Positions 44,050-57,576 of a stretch of DNA of 64,000 nt are shown here, piece after piece; the first letter of the stretch is position 1; every line of letters starts with the position of its first letter. Source of the DNA: Octopus vulgaris. Lineage: Eukaryota. The position numbers and the translations under genes were made by a program. The stretch spans positions 13,082,001 to 13,146,000 of the forward strand of contig OX597822.1 of NCBI GenBank assembly GCA_951406725.2. The letters are read 5' to 3'. The notes beneath the pieces are model-generated. The model saw nothing but the letters and a program-made list of their open reading frames with translations, did no database searches and was not told the origin of the DNA.

Positions 44050-44695
44050 TGGGCATGAGAGGTATCGGTGTCCAAGAAGACCCAAAGGTATCAGGTAATT
44101 CTATGGTTAAGCTTCAGTTTCGATAATGATACGAATGAGGAATCCAACGTACGTCGTGTATTAGCATGTATATATATAAAAATTAATAGAATGAGATAAA
44201 AAATCTAAGTCTGTGAATAGTTTTCAGAACATTTAAAAAGAGGTCTTACAGCTGTTTCCGGGATATTTTATATAGCCCGTCATCAGAGATGGTGCGAGAA
44301 AATGCTTAAGTAATAGTTATTATACAGAAGATATGAAATACAGAGTGAAGTGGAGGAATGAAAATAGACGTGAGATACGTAAGGATATTTTATTTGCAGT
44401 TCCATTATCTATGCACAATGTATTTTCTGTGTGAGTTCTTATATATACATAATTTTGCTTTAATAATGGAACTGCAAATAAAATATCCTTACGTATCTCA
44501 CGTCTATTTTCATCCCTCCCCTTCACTCTGTATTTCATATTTTCTCAATAATAACTATTACATCAACATTTTCTCGCACTGTCTCCGATGAAGGGATATA
44601 TAAAATATGCCGGAAACAGCTGTAAGACATCTTTATAAATGTTCTGAAAACTATTAATAGCCTTCGATCTTGTACCTCATTCTGTTAATTTATAT
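44050..44695. mobile_element. Fold-back module with a hammerhead in each arm
   Basis: Arms about 44170-44409 / 44463-44695. Minus 44243-44290: tct CTGATGA cgggctatataaaatatcccg GAAA cagctg TA aga. Plus 44580-44629: tgtct CCGATGA ... GAAA cagctg TA agaca. Confidence 0.85.
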
Positions 44696-44781
44696 ATATA
44701 TATATATATATATATATGCCATGTTACGTATATAGATATATATTAAGAATGCCTTTCTCTTACCGTATATCTCTCACTGTA

Positions 44782-44837
<56 letters not shown>

Positions 44838-45514
44838 TATATATACATAGATATTTTATTCTATGGAAACCAACGCGAACCAGATATATTAAAACAGATA
44901 TATACTGCATACAATGGACAAACAAGTGTTTCCCTTAGTAGGGTGTATATTAGAAACCCACGAAAAATATTCATCAACCGGGAACAAATAAAATTTATTT
45001 ATATTAAAGACCAGATATTGCAAATACCGTTTATTTGTACTTCAGCAGATCAATACTTAGATCAATTTAAATATATTTTATTTGGTTTCCAACTGAAGAA
45101 GGTTCTGCTTGCGTTAATAATACACAACTAGATATTACAAACATGTATAGTACCCAGGCATGTGATACATATTTTGATATATCTGCGCCGCATTGGTTAG
45201 GTTTCAGTTAGATGACATAACTTTATATCAATTTATATATTCCCTGGCTAGTGTTCCTTTATTTGGATCTTTGGAAATATTCTACAAAAAGAAATGTATT
45301 TTTGTAATATTTTAAGAAGTATTCTTTCTGTGAGTTGATGTATGTAATATGTTGTATGTGTGTGTATAAGTGCGTGTACATGTATGCATAATATATATGT
45401 GCGTGTGTGTGTATGTATGTATGATTGTATGTGTATGTGCATCTATGCGTGTGCATTTGTGTAATATATATAAAATATATAATATATATGTATGTGTATG
45501 TATATATATATATA

Positions 45515-45581
<67 letters not shown>

Positions 45582-45625
45582 ATAGATAGATAGATAAATA
45601 GATAGATAGATAAACAGATAGATAT

Positions 45626-45700
<75 letters not shown>

Positions 45701-46075
45701 TGTATGTATAAGTTTGTGTGGCGACGTAGAACACAATGCGCTGAGAGGAATTATTCAGAATGGCTAACGGCATGAATTTGGTCAACAAAGACGAATAAAG
45801 TTATTCAGAATGTTTTACAAGAGAAATTCTTTATTTGCTGAAGTTGTATTTGCTTCCAAAGATGATAAATGAAGGTAAACGAACGCCTAGTGGCAAATGC
45901 GACAGACTCTGAATATGAAAGAAAGATAATTACATGTGTGTGTGTGTGTGTGTATGTGTACATATTGTTTTATTCTTTTACTCGTATCAGCCATTTGACA
46001 GCGGCCAAGCTGGAGCAACGCCTATATATGTGTGCGTGTGCGTGTGCATCTATATATATATATATAGTTATCTAC

Positions 46076-46149
<74 letters not shown>

Positions 46150-46203
46150 ACATATATATATATACATATATATATATATTGGAATGCATTTATAATATAT
46201 TTA

Positions 46204-46995
46204 TACAATCTGCGATAAGTAAATTGTCACCATATTGTTTGTTTTGGGTTTTGTCGACTAAACAGTATAGTAGGGTCAGTTAGACACCGTCTGTGAGAAA
46301 AAGAGTACCATGACGCAATTCAGTCTGCCGGAAATTTGGAAACGACATCTGTACTTCTTGGTTTTCGTGTCGGAAGTACTGATACGAACATTTCAGAGTG
46401 TTTGGATCTCAATTTGAGGACAGTACAATCTGAGGACAGATGTACCGAGAGTGATAAAAATCAAACATCCAGTCAACATTCTGGTGTTTGGTTTGATTTC
46501 TAGTGATGGTGACGTTATACCTCCATTCAGCTTCCCACACGGCCTCAGACTCAACGCGGCAGCTTACATCAAGTGCCTGGAAGAGGCAGTGCTGCCTTGG
46601 GTCAAGAGGATGGATACTGGAAGACACTATGTTTGGCAACAGAACTCTGCACCATACGACACAAGCAGGGGTACCCAGTCAAAGCTGTCAGACAATTTAT
46701 GCAACCACATCACCCCTATCATCTGGCTACCTAACTCACCATCTGCAACCCCCTTGATTACTGTAACACCAAACACTGAAGGCAAGAATTATGGCAGCAT
46801 TGACCAACTTAAACAACTAGACTGTCCAGAAGAGTTGCAGGACATTCCGAAGACGTCTGGAGGAACGTGGTTGAAGCCAATGGCGATTTCATTGAATGAA
46901 TTTACTCTTTAGTATTTCAAAATATTGTTATGTAATTTTAGTAAATATACCGGTTAAAATAAGATGTCAGTGTTATTTCCATTTTTGCGTAATTC
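46204..46995 (+). mobile_element. Tc1/mariner (maT/DD37D-like) transposase relic
   Basis: KHPVNILVFGLISSDGDVIPP...YIKCLEEAVLPWVKR...YVWQQNSAP...IWLPNSP (cf. QQDSAP, WPPNSPD); internally deleted. Confidence 0.75.
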
Positions 46996-47155
46996 ATAGG
47001 TACATACAAACATACATTATAGTATCATGTATATATGTAATAGACAGACAGACAGACTGGTAGATACATCGATAGATAGATGGAGAGAGAGACAGATACC
47101 TGCAAACATATCTACATACATACACAGCACATGCATGCATACATACGTACCTACA

Positions 47156-47241
<86 letters not shown>

Positions 47242-48170
47242 TGTATATATATATAAATATATGTATATATATACATATGCATACATACATACATACATAC
47301 ATACATACATACATACATACATACATACATACATACATACATACATACATACATGCATACACGTGTGTATGCTTATTCCTATATCGATTAGTGAGGTTTT
47401 GCGTTTAGTGTAGTAAACTTGATACGTTATCACGATGTATATCAGAAGTTAGGCGCTGCTAATTGGCGAACAAGAACGCAGTAGAATTAAAAGTTCATTT
47501 CACTCAAAGGGACGTTTATTGGACGAAGGCGATGTAATACGGACAGAAACTCTGTATGATGTAATCGATAAGTGAATATTTGTGCTGATTCTAATCTCAT
47601 AGACTTCCCTGTGAGATGTGTGTACGCATTAGGAAAGTAAATAATTGAATTAGATTTTGCTTTTCTGGATTCCGTAAGATTTTGTTTCGTTCAAAACGTT
47701 CAATCAAATTAGTTGGGAAGGAAAAGATTTACTCTTGTCAGGCTACATTCTGGTGTAGTTGTTCTCATATCAGCAGAATCGATCCCATGCTCGATTTGCA
47801 ACATCATAAACCGCCATCGATTCCTTCCTTCCGTTAAGTCTCTCACTGTAACAAGCTTTTCGCTTCATTTTTCTTCCCAGGATGTCAACGCACCGAAACG
47901 CCAACATGCCGTTATACTTCCTGCGTATAATGACTTCTCTTATCTTTTATTTATTTCAGTCATTAGGCTGGGCCATGTTGGAGCATCGCCCTGAAGAATT
48001 TTTCGTGTTATGAATTGGCTCCAGTCCCTTTTTTATTGAAGCATCCCTACTTATTCGATCGGTCTCTTTTGCAGCACGGAGACGTAAAAACACGAACAAC
48101 GGTTGTCAAACATACACACACACACATATGTGTGTGCGTGTGTGTGTGTATTTATGTACAAAGATACATA

Positions 48171-48205
<35 letters not shown>

Positions 48206-48560
48206 ACAACAAAATCTAATCTAATTATCTCTGAAGAAGATGATCTGTGAACTTCATTCTCCTCTCTGTATTCTTCTATCCACAGTTTTACTCTTTCTTC
48301 TCTCGACTACTTCATTCCTTTATAAACTGTGAGTTCCCTGTCTAGAACTATGATAACAGAATACTTAGCGTATGGAGATGATAACCTATCACTTGGGATA
48401 CTTCAGAAACAGCTGTAAGACAGCCAATAATTAATTAACGAATTAATTAATTAATCAATTACCTCAAATTCACTTTACTCTAATTAAACATTCGAAATGA
48501 CTTGAGATATTCGTCCTGCTTGGTTTTGTGGTCCTTTTCCCTCTAATATATATATATATG

Positions 48561-48611
<51 letters not shown>

Positions 48612-48706
48612 ATATATATATGTATATGTAAATGTATATGTATATATATATATATATACACACACACACATATATATATACATATGTATGTATATGTATA
48701 TGTATG

Positions 48707-48740
<34 letters not shown>

Positions 48741-48749
<9 letters not shown>

Positions 48750-49594
48750 TTAATAAGGGTGAGAGAATTAGATACTAATAATAATGGTCACATAGTGACC
48801 ATTCTCTTATACTTATTTTTGTATAAATATTATAATATATTATAAAATATTATAATAATCCAGGTTTCTCGAGGCACTGGGCCACTTGGTGTGGAATAGA
48901 TATACTATTAAATTAGTATCTAATTCTCTCACCCTTATTAATTAATTATAATTATGCTACATTTATTTCTAAATGTAGTATTTGTTTCCGTGAAAGTTTG
49001 GCGCGCTGTTGGTAGGGGCATTTGAATTATAACGTCGGATGTAATCAATTGAACCACACGAGTATTTATCGTTATGGTAAAATCTGGCGTGTGATTGAGT
49101 GGATTTCATCCAGATAGTTTTGGCTGAGGAGCTACAAGTGGGTTTTTTGTAAGTAAAATTACATTTAATTCATTAATAGCGAAACAATTGTCCCAAAATA
49201 ATCTGTATTTTTGTTATTCTTTATTTGCCCTGTTCGTGTGAGCTAACAATCGTACTGACTTTCATGGGAAACATGTATTTTTGTGGTTGAAACCTTTTGC
49301 ATTTGCTAGTGCTAGAATGAGCCACATAGTGACCATTCTCTTATATTTATTTTTGTATAAATATTATAATATATTATAAAATATTATAATAATCCAGGTT
49401 TCTCGAGGCACTGGGCCACTTGGTGTGGAATAGATATACTATTAAATTAGTATCTAATTCTCTCACCCTTATTAATTAATTATAATTATGCTACATTTAT
49501 TTCTAAATGTAGTATTTGTTTCCGTGAAAGTTTGGCGCGCTGTTGGTAGGGGCATTTGAATTATAACGTCGGATGTAATCAATTGAACCACACG
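48741..49594. mobile_element. Penelope-like pseudo-LTR: 272-bp direct repeat plus short inverted 5' segment, between (TA)n tracts
   Basis: 48789-49060 nearly identical to 49323-49594; 48741-48779 is the reverse complement of about 48913-48950. Confidence 0.75.
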
Positions 49595-49601
49595 TGTATT
49601 T

Positions 49602-49675
<74 letters not shown>

Positions 49676-50748
49676 ACAGGCGCTGCTTTTTTCCGTTAAG
49701 CAAATGCATTCACAAGTCATTGGCCGGCTTGAGATTATAGTAGAAGATACTTACCTATGGTGCCGCATAGTGGGGATGAACCCGAAACCATGTGGTTGAG
49801 GAAACAAACTACATACCGCACAACCACAGCTGTTCCTGGCTTATAGAAATTCGTACAAAATATATGGCTTTACCAGTCTCGAGTGTCTTATGAGAGTTTT
49901 GTGTATGAAGTCATACATAGAAATGAAATCACTGTGTCTAGATATAATCTTAGCGATTGCCAAATAAAATCTCTGCAGGTTTTTTCTATGGGTTTAGCAA
50001 CATTAATCAGTCATTACAGTATCAGACAGAAAGCAGTGAGGTTTGATCTGATATTCTGCACTTAGTGCTTATGTTGGGTTCACGTTCGTTAAATCTTGCG
50101 TTCGAATCACGGGTCAGATTTGGAATTTTGTACTGGAACAGAGCACTTCCTTTCCCAATGCTTCGATACAATCAACTCAAAATGAGCACCCGTAGCAACT
50201 GGATTTTAACCCCGTGAGGAGTCAATGACCCTTTCAGGGGTGGGCAGTCTTGCAAATCTCAGCGTAAACACCTTGAAGTTAGAAACTCCAGTTTTATGCT
50301 TATATACGAGGCAGACTTCTGCATTTTCAGTTGAATCCTTTCCTCGCTTTATTTAGCTTTCCATATATCGGGATTAGATCCATAAAGCACAAGATGGAGA
50401 GGTCGTCTTTGTTTCCCTGCGCCCTATGGACAACTAAAACCATCTCCCTAACCCTAAAACCATCTCACAAACTGTGCTACTTACTCTTATACCATGTCAT
50501 CTTCGATCGCGAGTAATATGGAAAATCTACACGTGGTTTGTGGGTAAACAGCAAGGGAAAGAGATCAGCATTTAGAGATCAGCATTCTATGTTTAACAAA
50601 TGTGAACAAAGTTAAATAGTCTATGATATTGTTTTAACATAGACTTAGGTGGAACTACAAACAACTGCTATCACTTCACAACCACAAATAGACAAATATA
50701 CATTATTTACATTTGATGGATATTTGCCCTTGTCTTGTTTGTTTTTAA

Positions 50749-50790
50749 CACAACGTTTCGGCTGATATACCCTCCAGCCTTCATCATGTG
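50749..50790 (-). ncRNA. Minimal hammerhead-like motif (C3 changed to A)
   Basis: Minus strand reads cac ATGATGA aggctg gagggtatat cagcc GAAA cg TT gtg. Confidence 0.6.
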
Positions 50791-50885
50791 CCTTGGGGAT
50801 ATTTCGAACCTGGATTCTCATTCCTAAGGTATTTGTCGATGTTCTTCATCTTCTTCTTCTTATTAATATTATCATTATTATTATT

Positions 50886-52625
50886 GTCATTTACTTTTAA
50901 TCTGCATGTTTGATGCAATCATTTGCCGGGGCACACCCAGCGCCCTAGGGCAAGTGAAGGTTAAGAGTTATTGAAATCTAGCTGAAAGCTTGGGGAGGGG
51001 AAGTAGAGAAATATCTCCATGTAATACAACACAAACATTTACATTGATAGGGTTTTTCTAAGGATGTGGGCAGTACTTGTTAGCACAATCTTTTGGATTT
51101 CCTATCCCTTTTTTATCATACCTAGGGTACCTACAATAACAGGAACAGTTTTGTTTTAAGATTCCACATCTTTTGTATTTCGATTTCCAGGTCCTTATAT
51201 TTACTAAGTTTGTCAAATTCCTTTACAGATATATTTTTATCAGTGAGGACGCTTACCTCTATTAGTCTGCAGGTATTTTCTTCCCTGTCTTTAACAATTA
51301 TGTCTGGTCGATTAGCCTTGATCGTTCTGTCAGTGTTGACTGGAAAATCCCAGAGGATGGTGACATTTTTACCTTCAACAACTAACTGAGGATGGTGTTC
51401 ATACCAGTTAGCAGGAGTGCCGAATTTGTAGTGTTTACATATTTTCCAATATCCTACCCTATCGTGGCGATTTTTGTATTCGTTTGGTGTCAGCACAGGA
51501 CATCCCGAAACGAGATGGTCTATTGTTTCGTCAAATGTGTCGCAGAATCTGCATTTAGGGTCAGTACCGTTTCGGAGGACGTTAGCCTGGTAAATTCTGG
51601 TAAACAAGCTTTGATCTTGTGCTGCCAGTATGAAGCCTTCAGTCTCTGCTTTCAATCCTGAACTCTTCAGCCACTGATGGGTTGTTGCTTGGTCTACATC
51701 AGCATTTTGGCTTCGGAGAATATATTGTCCATGCAGGGGTTTCTGGCTCCACCGCCTCTCAATTTGATTCTGCCCGTTCTTTTTTGCAGTATGCTTGATT
51801 CGCTTTGCTTGCTTTGTAACGGTGGTTTCCGGCTCTTCATCTGATTCAAGGTTAATGTCTAGTTCCCTTTCGAACTTATAAGCTTCCTTGACAATAGAAT
51901 GCATCTTTTTTCCTCTTTCGTGTTTGCACACAAGTCGCAGCATCCAGTCCTTTGTACTAGATAGGTACCTGTTCATTCTTACAGTGGAGGTCTTATAGCA
52001 TCATTCCTCTCCCCCTGCTGCTTCTAGGTAGGTACAGGCGGTCTACATCTGCCTTAGGGTGGTGCATGTTCTTGGATGTCAGCAATTTTCTTGTCTTTCT
52101 GTCCAAGCGTTGGAGTTCCGTAAGGTTCCAGTTAATGACGTTAAAACTGTACTGGACTACTGGAAGTGCCAGAGTGTTAATGGCCTCAATGCAATTTTTG
52201 GAGTTGCGTTCAGTCTTCAGTACAAGCCTTATTCTCCTATAGTATTCCTTTCTTATTTTTTTCCTTCATAGTAGCATGATGTATACCATCTCCTTCGTTG
52301 ATTCCTAGGTATTTGTAACTTTCTTGTGGGTCAAGTTCCTTGATGGTAGTGTCAATATCTAATTTAACAGAATCTGTTTGCCTGAGCTTGCTTCTTACAA
52401 AAGTTGCTTTAGCACATTTATCAAGCCAAAATCCATTCCGATATCATTGCTAAACTCTTTAACAGTTGTTAGAAGCGACTTCTAGCTCTTGGTCATTCCT
52501 GGCAAACAGCTTTAGGTCGTCCAGAAAAGGTGGTTTATTGACTTACTAAAAACCATATTTGGTACTATCCAATTCGTTTGAGAGTGGGATCAGTGCCATG
52601 CAAAAAAGTAATAGAGAGAGGGAGT

Positions 52626-52628
<3 letters not shown>
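50886..52628 (-). mobile_element. R4/Dong-clade non-LTR retrotransposon, 5'-truncated, in (TAA)n
   Basis: DSLSLLLFCMALIPLS, INHL..DDLKLFA, HGQY, WLKSSGLKAETEGFILAAQDQ, CRFC..ETIDHLVSGC, RHD, RPDIIV..LIEVS..KLSKY (restriction-like endonuclease). (TAT)n on both flanks, matching the known TAA-repeat preference of Dong. Confidence 0.9.
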
Positions 52629-52657
<29 letters not shown>

Positions 52658-52825
52658 CATCATCATCATTATTATTATTCAGGTCACTACTCGGAATCGA
52701 ACTCCGAATCTTGGGGAAAAAAAGCGAAGATTAAAGGCGAAATTTTGAGGTAAAGGAAATATACCAGCATAGCAAGTGCGGCTAAAACACATGTTTTGAG
52801 TATGCGTGTGTGTGTATATGCATGC

Positions 52826-52875
<50 letters not shown>

Positions 52876-53064
52876 GCGTGTGTGTGTGTGTGTGCGCGTG
52901 TATGTGTTTAAGATATGTCTCCGATCAGCCGGATTCATAAATAAATGTGCGTCAGACTCCTACTTGTAACTCAGCCGCCACAGTCAGTATGGCACAGTGG
53001 TGCTCAACCCCGGCGCATATAACACACATGGAAATCCATATAAGTTTTGCTACAATTTATTCTT

Positions 53065-53480
53065 TCATTCTTTTACGTTTCAGTCATTTGTCTGCGGCCA
53101 TGCTGGAGCACAGCCTTTAGTCGAACAAATCGACCGCAGGATTTATTCTTTGTAAGCCTAGTACTTATTCTATGTTTTGCTGAACCGCTAAGTTACGGGG
53201 GCGTAAACACACCAGCATTAGTCGTCAAGCAATGTTGGGGGGACAAACACAGATACACAAACACACACACACATATATATACATATATATACATACATAT
53301 ATATATATATATATATAAACGACGGGCTTCTTTCACTTTCCGTCTACCGAATCCACTCACAAGGCTTTAGTCAGCCCAAGGCCATAGTAGAACACACTTG
53401 CTCAAGGTGTCACGCAGTGGGACTGAACCTTGAACCATGTGATTGGGAATCTAGTCTCTTACAACATAGCCACTCCTGTG
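53065..53480 (-). mobile_element. SINE family A
   Basis: Full head, core and tail similarity to 9243-9612. Confidence 0.82.
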
Positions 53481-53860
53481 CTTATATAAGCAGTAAATTG
53501 TTTATACTTTCAAAATACACAAAATATTTTAACAATTTGTTTGTCAATACAATTCCTAATAATATTTATTCATAAAAATATAATAGGATTTTTTCAACAT
53601 CGAATGAGTGTGAGGGACCATCGGAACAAAATAAGAATCACAGGTGTTCCATAGGCAAAACATTTAAAAAAAAAAACGTTGAGAACCACTGCTATGGATA
53701 ATCCCTTTTAATCTAAATCCATTGGATTACTTTTTTCTTCAGCTTCGTCGTCTTTGCTGCCATTGAAAAACCCACATGATTAAGGGCTTTCATTATCGAG
53801 TTTAGTGAAACACCTCAACAAATTACATCTTCCACGCTCTCACATTTTCTCACTCTCTCA

Positions 53861-53914
<54 letters not shown>

Positions 53915-54129
53915 CTGTATTTAAGCAGAAACAGGGAGGCGGAAACACAAACACAAAAAATGGACAAACAATGAAATTTCTCTCAGTATTTCATAGAAGA
54001 CGATAACTCATTAATAAAAAATATAAAACCGGAAAAAGCAAACAGAAATGGCAAATAAATTGAGATCATATGTATAATACACATACACATATACATATAT
54101 ACATAAACATATACACAACACACACAGGG

Positions 54130-54300
54130 AGGTCGTGGCCTAGTGGTTAAGAAATTGTACACATTATCTAAGGTTGTGGTTTCAATTCCAGGACAGGGCG
54201 TTGTCTTTGAGCAAAACACTTCATTTCACGTTGCCCCAGTGCACTCAGATGGCAAAGAAGAGTCATCTTGTGACGGAGTGACATTCCAGCCAAAGAGGAG
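54130..54300 (+). mobile_element. tRNA-derived SINE family C
   Basis: gtggcctagtggttaag A box, ggtttcaattcc B-box-like motif, gagcaaaacacttcatttcacgttg. Confidence 0.65.
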
Positions 54301-54376
54301 ATATATACGAGGGTGAGTCAAAAAGTAATGCCATTTTGTTTAGGACAGATTCTTTATGTGAGTTCGTGTGTTGAAG

Positions 54377-55062
54377 CATATTCTGTTGTGTCTGGGGAGA
54401 GATATTTTCTCTTTGTGCCTTATAAGTTAGCACAATCTTTTGGATTTCCTATCCCTTTTTTATCATACCTAGGGTACCTACAATAACAGGAACAGTTTTG
54501 TTTTAAGATTCCACATCTTTTGTATTTCGATTTCCAGCTCCTTATATTTACTAAGTTTGTCAAATTCCTTTACAGATATATTTTTATCAGTGAGGATGCT
54601 TACCTCTATTAGTCTGCAGGTATTTTCTTCCCTGTCTTTAACAATTATGTCTGGTCGATTAGCCTTGATCGTTCTGTCAGTGTTGACTGGAAAATCCCAG
54701 AGGATGGTGACATTTTTACCTTCAACAACTAACTGAGGATGGTGTTCATACCAGTTAGCAGGAGTGCCGAATTTGTAGTGTTTACATATTTTCCAATGTC
54801 CTACCCTATCGTGGCGATTTTTGTATTCGTTTGGTGTCAGCACAGGACATCCCGAAACTCACCGGTAAAATTTCCACTAATTATTTTTATTTTTCTAAAA
54901 TTTTCTATGCACCTTGCAACCTTTTCAGTACTGTTTGAGTATATTATTGAAAAGGTTGGAAGACGCAACGACAATTTTACAAGAAGTAAAAGTTTTACCG
55001 GTGAGTGTGTTCAATCATAAGACACTAAAAGAAAATGACTCCCCCCAGACACAACAGAATAT

Positions 55063-55063
<1 letters not shown>
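54377..55063. mobile_element. MITE-like fold-back interrupted by a copied Dong fragment
   Basis: catattctgttgtgtctgggg / ccccagacacaacagaatatg and ctcaccggtaaaa / ttttaccggtgag arms. Confidence 0.7.
54426..54858 (-). repeat. 433-bp near-identical copy of 51079-51511 (Dong endonuclease region)
   Basis: Direct sequence match; ORF 54478-54843 equals the C-terminus of ORF 51131-51976. Confidence 0.92.
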
Positions 55064-55112
<49 letters not shown>

Positions 55113-55130
55113 ATATATATATATATATAT

Positions 55131-55385
<255 letters not shown>

Positions 55386-55878
55386 TAGATATATAGATAT
55401 AGATATAGATACATACATATACATATATATGATATAATACATTCAGAGTAATCTTCATCTCATCCGGATTATGTAATGTTATAAAATCTCTTGCAGAAAT
55501 GGTACAGTAGACTGGAGATGAGGATAGATGGAGACATTTAGTGAGTGTTCATTATAAAATGGAGGCTGCAAAATGGCGGAGTCTTCGTTAAGCGGGTTAG
55601 GTTTTTGTTTATGAGACCAGACAATGCAACAAACAAGAATGCTTTGGTTTTTCTATTTCCATTTTATCTAATTTTTTTCCTTTTTTCAAGTTTTAGTTTG
55701 GATTATCTCATTGCATTTCTTTCTTTTGGGGGTGGGAATGGAAAGGTAGAATATTGAGATTTAGAAAATATTTGATGGAAATTGATTCAACAAGATAAAT
55801 ATACATATATATATACAACGAATATAATTTGCTACATACATATACATACATGCATACATATACACACACACACACACA

Positions 55879-56009
<131 letters not shown>

Positions 56010-56196
56010 TTATATGTTTGCGGGCGGTGTGTGTATATATATTTATATATCCCTATATACACATACATATATCTACATATATATTTTACTACACTATATT
56101 TTATTTTAATTTTAACATTTTAAAATGTTTAAACTGCATCCATATATACACATATATTACATTCACATATATATGTATATACACATAAATACATGC

Positions 56197-56265
<69 letters not shown>

Positions 56266-56472
56266 CTAGCTGACCCTGAGCCGTCAAAAAAGACGGCTAA
56301 TTGTTATAATCTATATATAAATAAGGTACATAATAATCTCACATACCATCATTCACATACTTCCGTTGTACATGCATAAACATACACACTCACACAAAGT
56401 TGAAATGCTGTTTTTTTTTTTTTCGTTTCGGCGTTGAACGTTCACCATCCCACTTCCATTGCAGACACACAC

Positions 56473-56503
<31 letters not shown>

Positions 56504-56755
56504 TACATTCACATACATCCATTTTACATAGACAAACATATACTCACACAGAGTTGAAACGCTGTTTGTTTTCATCCCTTTCTTCCTTATTCACCTATCA
56601 CCCCTTCTTTCTCTCATTGCTATTGCTTTCTCTCACTCTCTCTCTCTCAGTCTAGGCTATTCCTCTTACTTCTGCCTGAATTACTATTTTCTCTCCCTCC
56701 CCTTCACTTATACTACTTTCTCTTACTCCGTCCTACCGTCCTACTCCTACTCAGT
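56266..56755 (-). mobile_element. Probable Helitron 3' end (different family)
   Basis: TA|CTAG followed by hairpin gccgtc aaaaaa gacggc; far boundary uncertain. Confidence 0.5.
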
Positions 56756-56761
56756 GATTTT

Positions 56762-56816
<55 letters not shown>

Positions 56817-56817
<1 letters not shown>

Positions 56818-57192
56818 TAGCAGTATCGCACGGCGTTGCTCGGGTTTGTTTCGACCCTATAGAATTAGAATTTTTGAAAAGTAAAAATTTTGCATTATGT
56901 AGCTTGTTATTCTCTTTAAGTGAGCATCTTTCAGGTTGAAATACACAGAAAAATGGCGACACAGCAGTCAAAAAATCGTAAAAAATAGGGATTTTCATAG
57001 AAGAAAGAGCACCTTTTTATGTAAATAATTTTTGGTGTTAACATGGTCCGATTTGATTTTTTTTCTTCTACGGATGGAAGAGCAAGCCTTCTTCTATCAT
57101 ACTCTCAATTTTGGTCAACTTGCGCACCAGGGTCTCGGAGGCGATAGTGTTAGTTGAAGGCTACAAAACCTACCATACACAGACAACTTCAG

Positions 57193-57200
<8 letters not shown>
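56817..57200 (-). mobile_element. Non-autonomous Helitron sharing its 3' end with the 983-1382 family
   Basis: ctagcagtatcgcacggcgttgctcgggtttg end, different body, similar acagacaactt...tttatata 5' region. Confidence 0.7.
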
Positions 57201-57242
<42 letters not shown>

Positions 57243-57338
57243 GTAAGTATGTATATATATATGTATGTATATAAGGACAACTTACTTGGAAATGTATGCG
57301 TGGCGTTCAATCAAATAATAATATAAATAATATATATA

Positions 57339-57501
57339 GGCGTAAGAATGGCTGTGTGGTAAGTAGCTTACTTACCAACCACATGGTTCCAGGTTCAGTC
57401 CCATTGCGTGGCACCTTGGGCAAGTGTCTTCTACTATAACCGTGGGCCGATCAAAGCTTTATGAGTGGATTTGGTATACGGAAACTGAAAGAAGCCCGTC
57501 G

Positions 57502-57576
<75 letters not shown>

